47,210 nt of DNA from an uncultured Collinsella sp. (GTDB lineage Bacteria; Actinomycetota; Coriobacteriia; Coriobacteriales; Coriobacteriaceae). The DNA lies in the NCBI GenBank assembly GCA_902489955.1, contig CABUBY010000001.1:1-47210 (forward strand), in the 5' to 3' direction. The notes beneath the pieces are model-generated. The model searched no databases. It was not told the origin of the DNA and saw nothing but the letters and a program-made list of their open reading frames with translations. The translations under genes were made by a program, and so were the position numbers. Of the stretch, positions 9,797-19,016 are shown in pieces (the first letter of the stretch is position 1; each line of letters opens with the position of its first letter).

Positions 9797-10597
9797 ATGG
9801 AATACTCGATCATCCAGGTCGCTCTGGTCTTCATCGTCACGTTCGTCGCGGCAATCGACCAGTTCAACTTCCTCGAGTCTCTCTATCAGCCCATCGTCAC
9901 CGGCGCCGTCATCGGTCTTATCCTTGGCGACCTCAACACCGGTCTTCTCGTGGGTGGTACCTATCAGCTCATGACGATTGGCAACATGCCGATCGGAGGC
10001 GCTCAGCCGCCTAACGCCGTCATCGGCGGCATCATGGCAGCCGTTCTCGCAATCGCCACGGGCCTCGAGCCCAACGCGGCAGTCGGCCTTGCCATTCCGT
10101 TCGCTCTGCTTGGTCAGCTCGGCGTTACCCTGGTCTTCACGCTTATGTCGCCGCTCATGTCCTCCGCGGACAACATGGCTCACAACGCTGACACCAAGGG
10201 TATCGAGCGTCTGAACTACTTCGCCATGGCTCTGCTCGGCCTGATCTTCGCTATCGTCGTCACCCTGTTCTTCATCGCTGGCGCTACCATCGGTCAGACC
10301 ATCGCTTCCGCCATCCCGGCTTGGCTGCAGACCGGTCTCTCCGCTGCAGGCGGCATGATGCGCTTCGTCGGCTTCGCCGTCCTGCTCAAGGTTATGATGA
10401 ACCGCGATATGTGGGGCTTCTTCCTCATGGGCTTTGGCCTCGCGATCATCACCGTTGCCAACGATTCTCTGGCAACTCCTGCTCTGCTCATCCTCGCTCT
10501 CATCGGCTTCGGCATCGCTTTCTGGGACTTCCAGCAGCAGACCGAGCTGAAGGGTGCAGTTGTTTCTGACGGAGGTGACTTCGAAGATGGCATCTAA
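9797..10597 (+). CDS. agaW: PTS mannose-family IIC
   Basis: QPIVTG..IGLILGD, IGGAQPPN motifs; polytopic membrane protein. Confidence 0.85.
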   Translation: MEYSIIQVALVFIVTFVAAIDQFNFLESLYQPIVTGAVIGLILGDLNTGLLVGGTYQLMTIGNMPIGGAQPPNAVIGGIMAAVLAIATGLEPNAAVGLAIPFALLGQLGVTLVFTLMSPLMSSADNMAHNADTKGIERLNYFAMALLGLIFAIVVTLFFIAGATIGQTIASAIPAWLQTGLSAAGGMMRFVGFAVLLKVMMNRDMWGFFLMGFGLAIITVANDSLATPALLILALIGFGIAFWDFQQQTELKGAVVSDGGDFEDGI

Positions 10598-11669
10598 TGA
10601 GTATGTGATCCCGGAGCACTACGAGGATCTCACTCCTGCTCCGCAGCTCGACCAGAAGACCCTCAACAAGATGGCTTGGCGCTCCTGCTTCCTGCAGGCC
10701 TCGTTCAACTACGAGCGTATGCAGGCCGCTGGCTGGCTCTACTCCATCATCCCCGGTCTGGAGAAGATCCACACCAACAAGAACGACCTCGCGGCTTCCA
10801 TGAGCCACAACCTGGAGTTCTTCAATACTCACCCGTTCCTCGTCACCTTTGTTATGGGCATCGTGCTTTCGCTCGAGCAGAACAAGGTTGACATCCCCAC
10901 GATTCGCGCCGTCCGCGTCGCCGCAATGGGCCCGCTCGGTGGTATCGGTGACGCCCTGTTCTGGCTGACGCTCGTGCCTATCACGGCTGGCATCACCTCC
11001 AACATGGCCATCAACGGCAACGCCGCTGCGCCGATCATCTTCCTGGTGATCTTCAACGCCGTCCAGTTCGCACTGCGCTTCTGGCTCATGAACTGGTCCT
11101 ACAAGCTTGGCACCAGCGCTATTGACGCTCTGACCGCCAACATGCAGGCCTTCACGCGCGCCGCTTCCATCATGGGTGTCTTCGTCGTCGGTTGCCTGGT
11201 CGTCACTATGGGTGGCACCCAGATCAACCTCCAGATTCCCAACGGCACCACCCGTGGCCTCTCCGCTACTACCGTGATCGTCTCCGAGAAGGAGGCCGAG
11301 AACTTCACCGGTATGGAGGGCATCGATACCGAGACCGCTGAGGCCGGTACCATCGCCATGACCGATAAGGACGGCAACGCCCTCACCGCTTCCGATGCCG
11401 ACGGCAACGCTGTCGAGTGCGGCGTCACCGATCTGGGCAACGGCATGGAGTCCGTGACCTACGGCACCGTTACCGAGGATCCGGTCAACTTCTCTGTTGC
11501 CGATACCCTCAACACCATCGTCCCGAAGCTTGTCCCGCTTATGCTTACGCTGCTGCTTTACTACATGTTCGCTAAGCACAGCTGGACCCCGACCAAGGGC
11601 ATTCTGCTGCTCTTCGTCCTGGGCATCCTGGGCGCTGGCCCGCTTGGTCTCTGGCCGAGCATCTGGTAA
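10587..11669 (+). CDS. agaE: PTS mannose-family IID with a large hydrophilic insertion
   Basis: QASFNYERMQ, FFNTHP and MGPLGGIGD motifs; ATG 10587 after GGAGG. Confidence 0.88.
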   Translation: MASNEYVIPEHYEDLTPAPQLDQKTLNKMAWRSCFLQASFNYERMQAAGWLYSIIPGLEKIHTNKNDLAASMSHNLEFFNTHPFLVTFVMGIVLSLEQNKVDIPTIRAVRVAAMGPLGGIGDALFWLTLVPITAGITSNMAINGNAAAPIIFLVIFNAVQFALRFWLMNWSYKLGTSAIDALTANMQAFTRAASIMGVFVVGCLVVTMGGTQINLQIPNGTTRGLSATTVIVSEKEAENFTGMEGIDTETAEAGTIAMTDKDGNALTASDADGNAVECGVTDLGNGMESVTYGTVTEDPVNFSVADTLNTIVPKLVPLMLTLLLYYMFAKHSWTPTKGILLLFVLGILGAGPLGLWPSIW

Positions 11670-11735
11670 GGCTCTAGCTTGAGGGGTGTGTCCCTACGCG
11701 GCTCACACCCCGACCCCTTAAGCCATGTGTATGTT

Positions 11736-11774
11736 AAAAGCCGCGTGCTCGAAAGAGCGCGCGGCTTTTGTTTT
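11736..11774 (+). terminator. Rho-independent terminator after the PTS operon
   Basis: AAAAGCCGCGTGCTC-GAAA-GAGCGCGCGGCTTTT followed by a T-rich tail. Confidence 0.8.
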
Positions 11775-11853
11775 CTTGATGATTCGGATGTGGCAGACAG
11801 ATAATGTTAACCACCCAAGGTAGTAGCCGAGTTTGAGAAAATGGGAGGATAGG

Positions 11854-12585
11854 ATGGCGATCGGGGCGCGTAAGCAACCGCTGTACGATCAGCTGGTCGA
11901 TATTCTGACCGAAAAGATTGACCATGAATATCGTGCCGGTGACATGATTCCTTCCGAGCGCGAACTTTCGGAGCGCTATGGTCTCTCGCGCACTACGGTA
12001 CGCCTGGCTCTGCAGGAACTGGAGCGTTTAGGACTGGTGGTTCGGCAGCACGGTCGCGGTACCTTTGTGACCGACCGTTCGGCAAAGGCAACCAATCTTA
12101 TGCAGTCCTACAGCTTTACCGAACAGATGCGCGCGATGGGTCGCGACCCCGAGACCACGATTCTCGAGTTTTGCGAGATGGAGGCCGATAAGAATCTAGC
12201 CGAGCATATGGGATTGCATATCGGTGATCGCATTTTTAAGCTCAAGCGCCTTCGTTCTGCCGACAACATGCCCATGATGGTCGAACGCAGCTATCTGCCG
12301 GTTCGTCAATTTCTGTCCCTAAAGCGACCACTGCTGGAGAGTAAGCCGCTTTACGATGTGATTGAGCAGGACTTTCAGCAAAAGATTCGCGTGGCCGAAG
12401 AGGAGTTCTATGCGAGCATAGCCCGTCCCACCGATGCCCACCTTTTGGCAATTGTCGAGGGGTCGCCTGTGCTCGATTTGGTCAGGACTACGTATAACGA
12501 GTCAAACGAGGTTGTGGAGTATACGCTCTCGGTTGCTCGTGCCGATCAGTTTAAATACAAGGTTTACCACCAGCGTAGCAACTAG
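11854..12585 (+). CDS. GntR (HutC/UTRA) transcriptional regulator
   Basis: PLYDQL, IPSERELSERYGLSRTTVR, GRGTFV and a UTRA-like C-terminus. Confidence 0.92.
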   Translation: MAIGARKQPLYDQLVDILTEKIDHEYRAGDMIPSERELSERYGLSRTTVRLALQELERLGLVVRQHGRGTFVTDRSAKATNLMQSYSFTEQMRAMGRDPETTILEFCEMEADKNLAEHMGLHIGDRIFKLKRLRSADNMPMMVERSYLPVRQFLSLKRPLLESKPLYDVIEQDFQQKIRVAEEEFYASIARPTDAHLLAIVEGSPVLDLVRTTYNESNEVVEYTLSVARADQFKYKVYHQRSN

Positions 12586-12625
12586 TGTTCGCATCGTTTC
12601 CATATGGTGATTCCTTGCAATTAAC

Positions 12626-12660
12626 TGGTTACTACCAGATAACCAACCGAAGTGTATAAT
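12626..12660 (+). promoter_or_regulatory. agaS promoter region with GntR-type operator and TATAAT box
   Basis: TGGTTACTACCA at 12626-12637; TATAAT at 12655-12660. Confidence 0.6.
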
Positions 12661-12699
12661 TGCACGTCAGAGGATTACTTCTAGAGAGAGGTATTAGAA

Positions 12700-13866
12700 A
12701 TGTTCGAGAAGAGTGTCGAGGAGCTCACCGAGCTCGGCGCCCAGATCACCACGGCCGAGATTGCTCAGCAGCCCGAGCTTTGGCGTGATACGCTCAACAT
12801 CTATCGTGAGAACAAGGAGGCCATCGAGGCCTTTCTGGCCGAGGCTCGCGCTATGGGCGAGGGCCGTCTGTCCGTTGTCTTCACCGGTGCCGGTACGTCT
12901 GACTACGTTGGCGATACCTGCGCCCCGTACCTGCGTCACGCTGGCAACACTGATCTCTACGACTTTAAGCCCATTGCCACGACCGACATCGTGAGCGCCC
13001 CGCGCGACTTCCTGCGTGCCGAGGATCCCACGCTCGTGGTTTCCTTTGCCCGCTCTGGCAACAGCCCCGAGAGCCTTGCCGCCGTTGCCGTTGCCAAGGA
13101 GCTTGTCCACAACGTCAAATTCCTCAACATCACCTGCGCTCCCGAGGGCAAGCTCGCCGTCGAGTCTGCCGATGATCCCAACGCGCTGACGCTGCTCATT
13201 CCGCGCGCCAACGACAAGGGCTTCGCCATGACCGGTTCTTATTCCTGCATGACCCTGCTCGCCACCCTTATTTTCGACACTGCCTCTGACGAGCAGAAGG
13301 CCGAGTGGGTCGAGACGATTGCCAAGATGGGCGAGGAGGTCATCTCCCGTGAGCCCGAGATCGCCGATTACCTCGCTGGAGACTTTAACCGCGTGACCTA
13401 CTTGGGTTCTGGCTCCTTCGGTGGCCTTGCCCAGGAGAGCCAGCTCAAGATCCTCGAGCTCGCTCACGGTCTGGTCGCCACTTCTTACGACACCTCCATG
13501 GGCTATCGTCATGGACCCAAGTCCTTCGTCGACGACAAGACCCTCGTGTTCGTGTTCGTCAACAACGACGCCTACACCCGTCAGTACGACATCGACATCC
13601 TCAACGAGATCGGTGGCGACGAGATCGCTCAGCACACCATCGCCGTTCAGCAGGATGGCGCTACTGTCTACGAGGGTGAGTCCTTCACCTTTAAGGGCTA
13701 CGAGGCACTTCCCGAGGGCTACCTTGCTCTGCCGTTCGTGATGTTTGCCCAGGCTATCAGCCTGCTTAACTCTGTGCGCGTGGGCAACACGCCCGACACG
13801 CCGAGCCCCACCGGCACGGTCAACCGCGTGGTCAAGGGCGTGACGATTCACCCCTTCACCGCTTAA
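12700..13866 (+). CDS. agaS: SIS-domain galactosamine-6-phosphate deaminase/isomerase
   Basis: EIAQQP, FTGAGTS, SFARSGNSPES, GFAMTGS, RHGPKS and NRVVKGV motifs. Confidence 0.92.
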   Translation: MFEKSVEELTELGAQITTAEIAQQPELWRDTLNIYRENKEAIEAFLAEARAMGEGRLSVVFTGAGTSDYVGDTCAPYLRHAGNTDLYDFKPIATTDIVSAPRDFLRAEDPTLVVSFARSGNSPESLAAVAVAKELVHNVKFLNITCAPEGKLAVESADDPNALTLLIPRANDKGFAMTGSYSCMTLLATLIFDTASDEQKAEWVETIAKMGEEVISREPEIADYLAGDFNRVTYLGSGSFGGLAQESQLKILELAHGLVATSYDTSMGYRHGPKSFVDDKTLVFVFVNNDAYTRQYDIDILNEIGGDEIAQHTIAVQQDGATVYEGESFTFKGYEALPEGYLALPFVMFAQAISLLNSVRVGNTPDTPSPTGTVNRVVKGVTIHPFTA

Positions 13867-13884
13867 TCGCGTCCCCCTGTAAGG

Positions 13885-13926
13885 GCGCCCGTCCGCTCAT
13901 AACGGCGGGCGGGCGCTTTTTGTTTT
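13885..13926 (+). terminator. Rho-independent terminator/attenuator between agaS and nagA
   Basis: GCGCCCGTCCG...CGGGCGGGCGC followed by TTTTTGTTTT. Confidence 0.7.
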
Positions 13927-13983
13927 ACGTGAGCTGGGTATAAACATCACCACAGTCAACTGCTTTAGAAGTGAGGAGTACAT

Positions 13984-15153
13984 ATGAGCACGTACGCAAT
14001 TAAGGCTGACAAGTTCTTCTTGCCGGCAGGCCCGCAACAAGGCGGCTATCTTATGATCGAGGACGGCGTCTTTGGCGCTTGGCAGGCCGACGAGCCCTCC
14101 TGCGAGATCAAGGACTACACGGGATCGTGGATCGCGCCGGGCATGGTCGACACCCACATCCATGGCTTCTATAACCATTCGACTACCGATAACGATCCCG
14201 AGGGCATCGATATCAGCTCGACCGAGCTCGCCCGTCGCGGTACCACCAGCTGGCTGCCCACGACGTTCACCGATGGCGTCGAGCAGATCAAGGACGCCTG
14301 CGCCGCCATCGCTCAGGCGGACGAGGGCCGTGGCCCCGACTTCTGCGGTGCTCGCATTCAGGGCATCTACCTGGAGGGCCCTTTCTTTACCATGAAGCAC
14401 GTGGGCGCGCAGAACCCCGCTTATCTTATCGATCCCTCCGAGGAGGTCTTCGATCAGTGGCAGGAGGCTGCGGGCGGTCGCATCGTTAAGAGCGCCATGG
14501 CGGCCGAGCACGACGGTGCCGCTGCTTATGCGGCTGCTCTGAACGCCAAGGGTGTGGTGACCAGCATCGGTCACTCCGACGCCACCTACGATGAGTGCAT
14601 CGCCGCCATCAACGCCGGTGCCAGCTGCTTTACGCATACCTATAACGGCCAGCGCGGACTGCATCACCGTGAGCCCGGTGTTGTGGGTGCTGCCATGTCC
14701 ACGCCCGAGACCTACGCCGAGATCATCTGTGACGGCAAGCACGTAAACCCTGGCGCTATCAAGGCGCTGCTGCAGGCAAAGGGCTGGCAGCATACGGTGC
14801 TCATCACCGACTGCCTGGGTTGCGGCGGCATGCCCGAGGGCAGCTACACCAGTGGCGGCATGGACGTCATCATGAAGGACAACCTGTGCTGGCTCGCCGA
14901 CGGCAAGAGCATTGCCGGCTCGGTGCTCACGCTTGCCCAGGGCGTCAAGAACATCGTCGACTGGGGCATCGCCAGTGCCGATATCGCCATTCGCATGGCA
15001 ACCGAGGTGCCGGCACGCTCCGTGCACATCGAGGATAAGTGCGGCAGCATCATGCCGGGTCGCGACGCCGACTTTGTCGTGTTCGACCATGAGCTCACCC
15101 TCGTCGAGACGTATGTTGGCGGTCAGAGCGTCGGTAACGCCTTTACCGAGTAA
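13984..15153 (+). CDS. nagA: N-acetylhexosamine-6-phosphate deacetylase (NagA/AgaA)
   Basis: PGMVDTHIHG, LEGPF, GHSDA, THTYNG, DGKHV, LITD and AGS motifs. Confidence 0.92.
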   Translation: MSTYAIKADKFFLPAGPQQGGYLMIEDGVFGAWQADEPSCEIKDYTGSWIAPGMVDTHIHGFYNHSTTDNDPEGIDISSTELARRGTTSWLPTTFTDGVEQIKDACAAIAQADEGRGPDFCGARIQGIYLEGPFFTMKHVGAQNPAYLIDPSEEVFDQWQEAAGGRIVKSAMAAEHDGAAAYAAALNAKGVVTSIGHSDATYDECIAAINAGASCFTHTYNGQRGLHHREPGVVGAAMSTPETYAEIICDGKHVNPGAIKALLQAKGWQHTVLITDCLGCGGMPEGSYTSGGMDVIMKDNLCWLADGKSIAGSVLTLAQGVKNIVDWGIASADIAIRMATEVPARSVHIEDKCGSIMPGRDADFVVFDHELTLVETYVGGQSVGNAFTE

Positions 15154-15159
15154 CGATAG

Positions 15160-15196
15160 AAAAAGACGGCGGGCCCGAATCTGCTCGGACCCGCCG
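15160..15196 (-). terminator. Terminator between convergent nagA and flavodoxin genes
   Basis: CGGCGGGCCCGA...TCGGACCCGCCG preceded by an A-run. Confidence 0.65.
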
Positions 15197-15228
15197 CATG
15201 GGTTAAACGCTCAAAAGTACCTTCACAG

Positions 15229-15813
15229 TTACAGCTTGTTAGCGATCTTCTTTACCGTGCGCTTAACGCCGGCCACCAGGCCTCCTGCAGGATGCTCCTT
15301 CTCGTATGCGAGGCGCTTCTCGCGCTTGGCGTACTCTTCGACGATGATATCGCCATACTCGTCTTCGATCTTGTCGAAGAAGTCGACGGCGCCCTTAATT
15401 TCCTCAGCGGTCGGGTGTCCCTTTTGGACACCGCCGGTGAGTTTGAACGGCCCCCACGTATCAAAGCCGGGACAGCCGTAGACACCCATAAAGATGGCCT
15501 GCCTCATGCGGCAGATGCCATCGATATCCTTGCCGTACCACTTGTTTTTGCCACCGTAGGTCATAAGGCCAAACACCTTGTCCTGCGGCTGCAGCACGTT
15601 AGTGAGCACGCGTGCCATATCCTTGTCGATCTCGGAGTAATAGATGCCCGTGGCGACACCGATCAGATGATATTCGTGCAGGTTGGGATACTCGTTTTTG
15701 CCGAGCGCCTTGACATCGAGGGTATCGATCTCGGGGTGTGCCTCGACGATGGCGTCCACGAGCTTTTTCGTATTGCCGTGATGGCGCGAGGCGTAGAGGA
15801 TGATGGTTCGCAT
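15229..15813 (-). CDS. Flavodoxin-family protein
   Basis: IILYASRHHGNTKK, GVATGIY, CPGFDT.GPFKL.GG..KGHP motifs. Confidence 0.85.
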   Translation of the reverse strand: MRTIILYASRHHGNTKKLVDAIVEAHPEIDTLDVKALGKNEYPNLHEYHLIGVATGIYYSEIDKDMARVLTNVLQPQDKVFGLMTYGGKNKWYGKDIDGICRMRQAIFMGVYGCPGFDTWGPFKLTGGVQKGHPTAEEIKGAVDFFDKIEDEYGDIIVEEYAKREKRLAYEKEHPAGGLVAGVKRTVKKIANKL

Positions 15814-15968
15814 AAGAAGGCCTTCCAGCTGTAATTGCATCAATGTCTGTATGGTACCCCGTTGCATGGCTGGGATACCGGACACATCGTTGAGCGTGCG
15901 GGTTTGTCCTTTGGTCAGGGCCGAGACGGATACTTGCGAGCAAAAGCAGTTGTTCGAAAGGATGGGCA

Positions 15969-16850
15969 ATGGAATGCGCTCTCTCCAACGATTCGATTTC
16001 TATTAAGGTGTCCACGGCTGGTGGTTCGTTTACCTCGATTGAGGCCGGAGGCCGCGAGTACTTGTGGCAGGGCGATCCCGCCGTGTGGTCCGGCCAGGCA
16101 CCGATTTGCTTCCCGATTTGCGGAGGCCTGCGCGATGGCAGCGCCATGACGTTTGCCGGGCATCATGTAAAGCTCGCTCGCCACGGGTTTGCGCGCAAAC
16201 AGGAGTGGAAGCTGCTGAGCCAAAGCGCAAACGAGCTGGCTATGTGCCTGGCTTCGGAGGATAACGCCGCGCTGCTGAGAGATTATCCCTACCCGTTTAA
16301 GCTTGTCGCTCGTTATACGCTCGAGGACGCTGCCGTGCGCGTTTCCTATGAGGTGACCAACGAGGGCACCGAGGACATGCCGTTCTTTATCGGTGGACAC
16401 CCCGGCTTTAGGTGCCCGCTCGACGAGGGCGAGGCCTACACGGACTACGAGTTGCGCTTCGAGAAAGACGAGGATGCGGAGCTTTGCACCGCCGTACCCT
16501 CGACTGGCTTGATTGATGTTGCTAACCGTTCAAAGAACCCCATGGTGGGAAAGACGCTGCCCCTGTCGCATGAGCTCTTCGATTTTGCGGAGACCATCTT
16601 TGACGTGCTCGAGAGTCGTCAGGTCACGCTTTCCAAGAAGGGCGAGGACAAGGGCGTTCGCTTGAGTTTTGAGGGTTTCCCGTACCTCATCGTGTGGAGT
16701 AAGCCCGAGGGCGATTTTGTGGCAGTTGAGCCCTGGGGCGGCCTCTCGACCTGCTCCGATGAGGACGACGTACTTGAGCATAAGCGCGGCTGCCTTGTCG
16801 CCAAGCCCAAGGAGACCGTCGTTCGCTCGTTCACGATTGAGATTCTGTAA
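15969..16850 (+). CDS. lacX: Aldose 1-epimerase family protein (LacX-like), copy 1
   Basis: EYLWQGD..WSGQAP, RHGFAR, GGHPGF and VAVEPW motifs. Confidence 0.85.
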   Translation: MECALSNDSISIKVSTAGGSFTSIEAGGREYLWQGDPAVWSGQAPICFPICGGLRDGSAMTFAGHHVKLARHGFARKQEWKLLSQSANELAMCLASEDNAALLRDYPYPFKLVARYTLEDAAVRVSYEVTNEGTEDMPFFIGGHPGFRCPLDEGEAYTDYELRFEKDEDAELCTAVPSTGLIDVANRSKNPMVGKTLPLSHELFDFAETIFDVLESRQVTLSKKGEDKGVRLSFEGFPYLIVWSKPEGDFVAVEPWGGLSTCSDEDDVLEHKRGCLVAKPKETVVRSFTIEIL

Positions 16851-16908
16851 TTCCGTTTTGTCGACTCGTATCGCGAGGCACAAGGAGCCCGCGAGATAAG
16901 GAGCTAAA

Positions 16909-17844
16909 ATGATCCTCACCGTTACGATGAACCCGTCTGTCGATACGCGCTATCAGCTCGATGAGCTCGTCATCGACGACGTCAACCGTGTGACGCCCGA
17001 AAAGACCGCCGGCGGCAAGGGTCTCAACGTGGCCCGTGTGCTGGGCCAGCTGGGCGACGACGTTGTGGCAACCGGTCTACTCGGTGGCCATATGGGCGCC
17101 TATATGGCAGAGCTCATGGATGCCAACGGTATTAACAACGACTTTGTGCCCATCAAAGGCGAGACTCGCATTTGCCTCAACATCCTCCACGCCGGCAACC
17201 AGACCGAGCTGCTCGAGAGCGGTCCGGCAATTGCCCCCGAGGAGCTCGATGCCTTTACCGCCAAGTTTACCGAGCTGGCTGGCAAAGCCGACGTCGTCAC
17301 TATTTCGGGTTCGCTGCCCCGCGGCGTCGAGGCGGACTACTATGCCAAGATTACGGGCATTGCCGAGAACGCCGGCGCCAAGGTGCTGCTCGATACCTCG
17401 GGCGCTTCGCTTGAGGCTGCCCTCAAGTCCGAGGTCAAGCCCGAGCTGGTCAAGCCTAACCTAACCGAGATCAACGGCTTGTTGGGCACGAGCTTTACCA
17501 CCGACGATGTGGACGAGCTCCGTGCTGCGCTCGCCTCTGACGCCCGCTTCTCCGATATCCCCTGGGTCGTCGTGTCCATGGGCGCTGCCGGCTCCGTGGG
17601 CTTCCACAACGGACGTGCGTTCCGTGCCAAGACCCCCGATATTCCTGCCGTTAACGCTACGGGTTCCGGCGACTCCACTATCGCCGGTTTCGCGCATGCC
17701 ATCGCTGCCGGCGCGGACGACGAGACGGTGCTGCGTACCGCCAACACCTGCGGCAAGCTCAATGCCATGGATCCCATGACCGGTCATCTGGTCATGGACC
17801 GTTGGGACGAGGTTTACAACGGCGTTGTCGTGGCCGAGCTGTAA
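16909..17844 (+). CDS. lacC: Tagatose-6-phosphate kinase / 1-phosphofructokinase family, copy 1
   Basis: TVTMNPSVD, AGGKGLNV, SGSLP, KPN..E and NATGSGD motifs. Confidence 0.88.
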   Translation: MILTVTMNPSVDTRYQLDELVIDDVNRVTPEKTAGGKGLNVARVLGQLGDDVVATGLLGGHMGAYMAELMDANGINNDFVPIKGETRICLNILHAGNQTELLESGPAIAPEELDAFTAKFTELAGKADVVTISGSLPRGVEADYYAKITGIAENAGAKVLLDTSGASLEAALKSEVKPELVKPNLTEINGLLGTSFTTDDVDELRAALASDARFSDIPWVVVSMGAAGSVGFHNGRAFRAKTPDIPAVNATGSGDSTIAGFAHAIAAGADDETVLRTANTCGKLNAMDPMTGHLVMDRWDEVYNGVVVAEL

Positions 17845-17896
17845 GAACTTGGGCGTCGGCTCCGGCATCGGTTGTTTGCTTGTGGTTAGAGCCAAC

Positions 17897-18016
17897 GACA
17901 AGTGCGGTAGCATTATGCCGGGGCGCGACGCCGATGCTGTCGTGTTCATTCCCGACCTTACCCTGGTCGAGACGTATGCGGGTGGCAGCAGCTTTGGCAA
18001 CGTGTTTGCCGAGTAG
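17897..18016 (+). pseudogene. nagA: Orphan 3' fragment of a second nagA allele
   Basis: DKCGSIMPGRDADAVVF..DLTLVETYAGG..FGNVFAE* is colinear, without gaps, with the last 40 codons of nagA (15034-15153). Confidence 0.85.
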
Positions 18017-18048
18017 CCGCCAAAGAAACGATCCGAGAGGGGATTTAG

Positions 18049-18522
18049 ATGATTTACGGTGCATTGGGCGATATCGAGGAGTATCGCGGAATGCTCAAGG
18101 GCCTCGACGTGCTGATCGACTGGCTCGAGGAGAACGACCCGGCGGAGCTCGAGGTCGGCAGCCATTCGATTCTGGGCGACAAGGTCTTTGCGAACGTCAT
18201 GGCTCCCACGACGCGTCCCGAGGCCGAGGCTCACTATGAGACGCATCAGCGCTATCACGACCTGCAGATCGACGTCGAAGGTCGCGAGGCCTTTAAGGTC
18301 GCTACGGGTAGCCTGACGCTGGTCCAGGAGTTTGACGAGAAGGACGACTACGATCTGGTCGATTCCGACGCCTCGATCGCCGGCGATCTTGCCGACGACA
18401 AGTTTGCGCTGTTTGTTGCCGGCGAGCCTCACATGCCCACGCTCGAGTTCCCGGGCGATGGCGCGCAGCCGGTCAAGAAGATCTGCTTTAAGCTGCTTGC
18501 TGACGCCTACTGGGAGGAGTAG
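18049..18522 (+). CDS. YhcH/YjgK/YiaL (NanQ-like) family protein
   Basis: YETHQRYHDLQ...G.E, FALF..GEPHMP and VKKICFK motifs. Confidence 0.88.
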   Translation: MIYGALGDIEEYRGMLKGLDVLIDWLEENDPAELEVGSHSILGDKVFANVMAPTTRPEAEAHYETHQRYHDLQIDVEGREAFKVATGSLTLVQEFDEKDDYDLVDSDASIAGDLADDKFALFVAGEPHMPTLEFPGDGAQPVKKICFKLLADAYWEE

Positions 18523-18553
18523 CGAACTGCCCGACTGAGCTGTTCGTCTGATG

Positions 18554-18629
18554 GCGTGTTTCCCCTAAGGGAAGCACGCTACGACCCCGTTAATCGTGTT
18601 TTCCCTAGGGGAATCACGATTAACGGGGT
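18554..18629. repeat. Pair of related REP-like hairpins
   Basis: GCGTGTTTCCCCTAAGGGAAGCACGC and ACCCCGTTAATCGTG-TTTTCCCTAGGGGAAT-CACGATTAACGGGGT. Confidence 0.65.
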
Positions 18630-18700
18630 TTCTGTTTTTGAATAGGGGAGCTGACGCTGTTGCGATGCGTGGGTGGGCACGCGCACTCAAAATCGGCAAC

Positions 18701-18728
18701 AAAAAAGCCGCCCGAAGGCGGCTGTCTT
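18701..18728 (-). terminator. Terminator of tRNA-Thr
   Basis: Minus strand AGCCGCC-TTCG-GGCGGCT followed by a T-run. Confidence 0.85.
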
Positions 18729-18734
18729 GTGCAA

Positions 18735-18810
18735 TGGAGCCAGCGACCGGGCTCGAACCGGTGACCCCCGCTTTACGAGAGCGGTGCTCTACCAACTGAG
18801 CTACGCTGGC
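18735..18810 (-). tRNA. tRNA-Thr (anticodon CGT)
   Basis: Minus strand GCCAGCG-TAGCTCAGTTGGTAGAGC-ACCGCT-CT(CGT)AA-AGCGG...GGTTCGAGCC...CGCTGGC-TCCA; 76 nt with encoded CCA. Confidence 0.97.
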
Positions 18811-19016
18811 GGCCATGTGGTGACGCAGCTGAGGCGTCAACAGCTGTCTATGATACGGGACATCGCAAATCCGCGCAAGTGTTCTGACAGCTTTTCTCAC
18901 GTTAAATGCACTAATCATTCAAGCCGGGATGTGCCTGGTTGCCTACAACTAGGTACAAAAACGCCCGTCGGCGGTGTGCCGGCGGGCGCTGCTGTGCGAT
19001 ATGTTGCGTTATGAGC

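Noticed and set aside
15814..15969. Extended N-terminus of the flavodoxin (246-aa ORF)
   Set aside because: The family motif begins at MRTIILYAS (15813); the extension would fill the divergent promoter gap.
18735..18810. tRNA-Thr as the integration site of an island
   Set aside because: No integrase is adjacent and I found no duplicated tRNA 3' end in the window.
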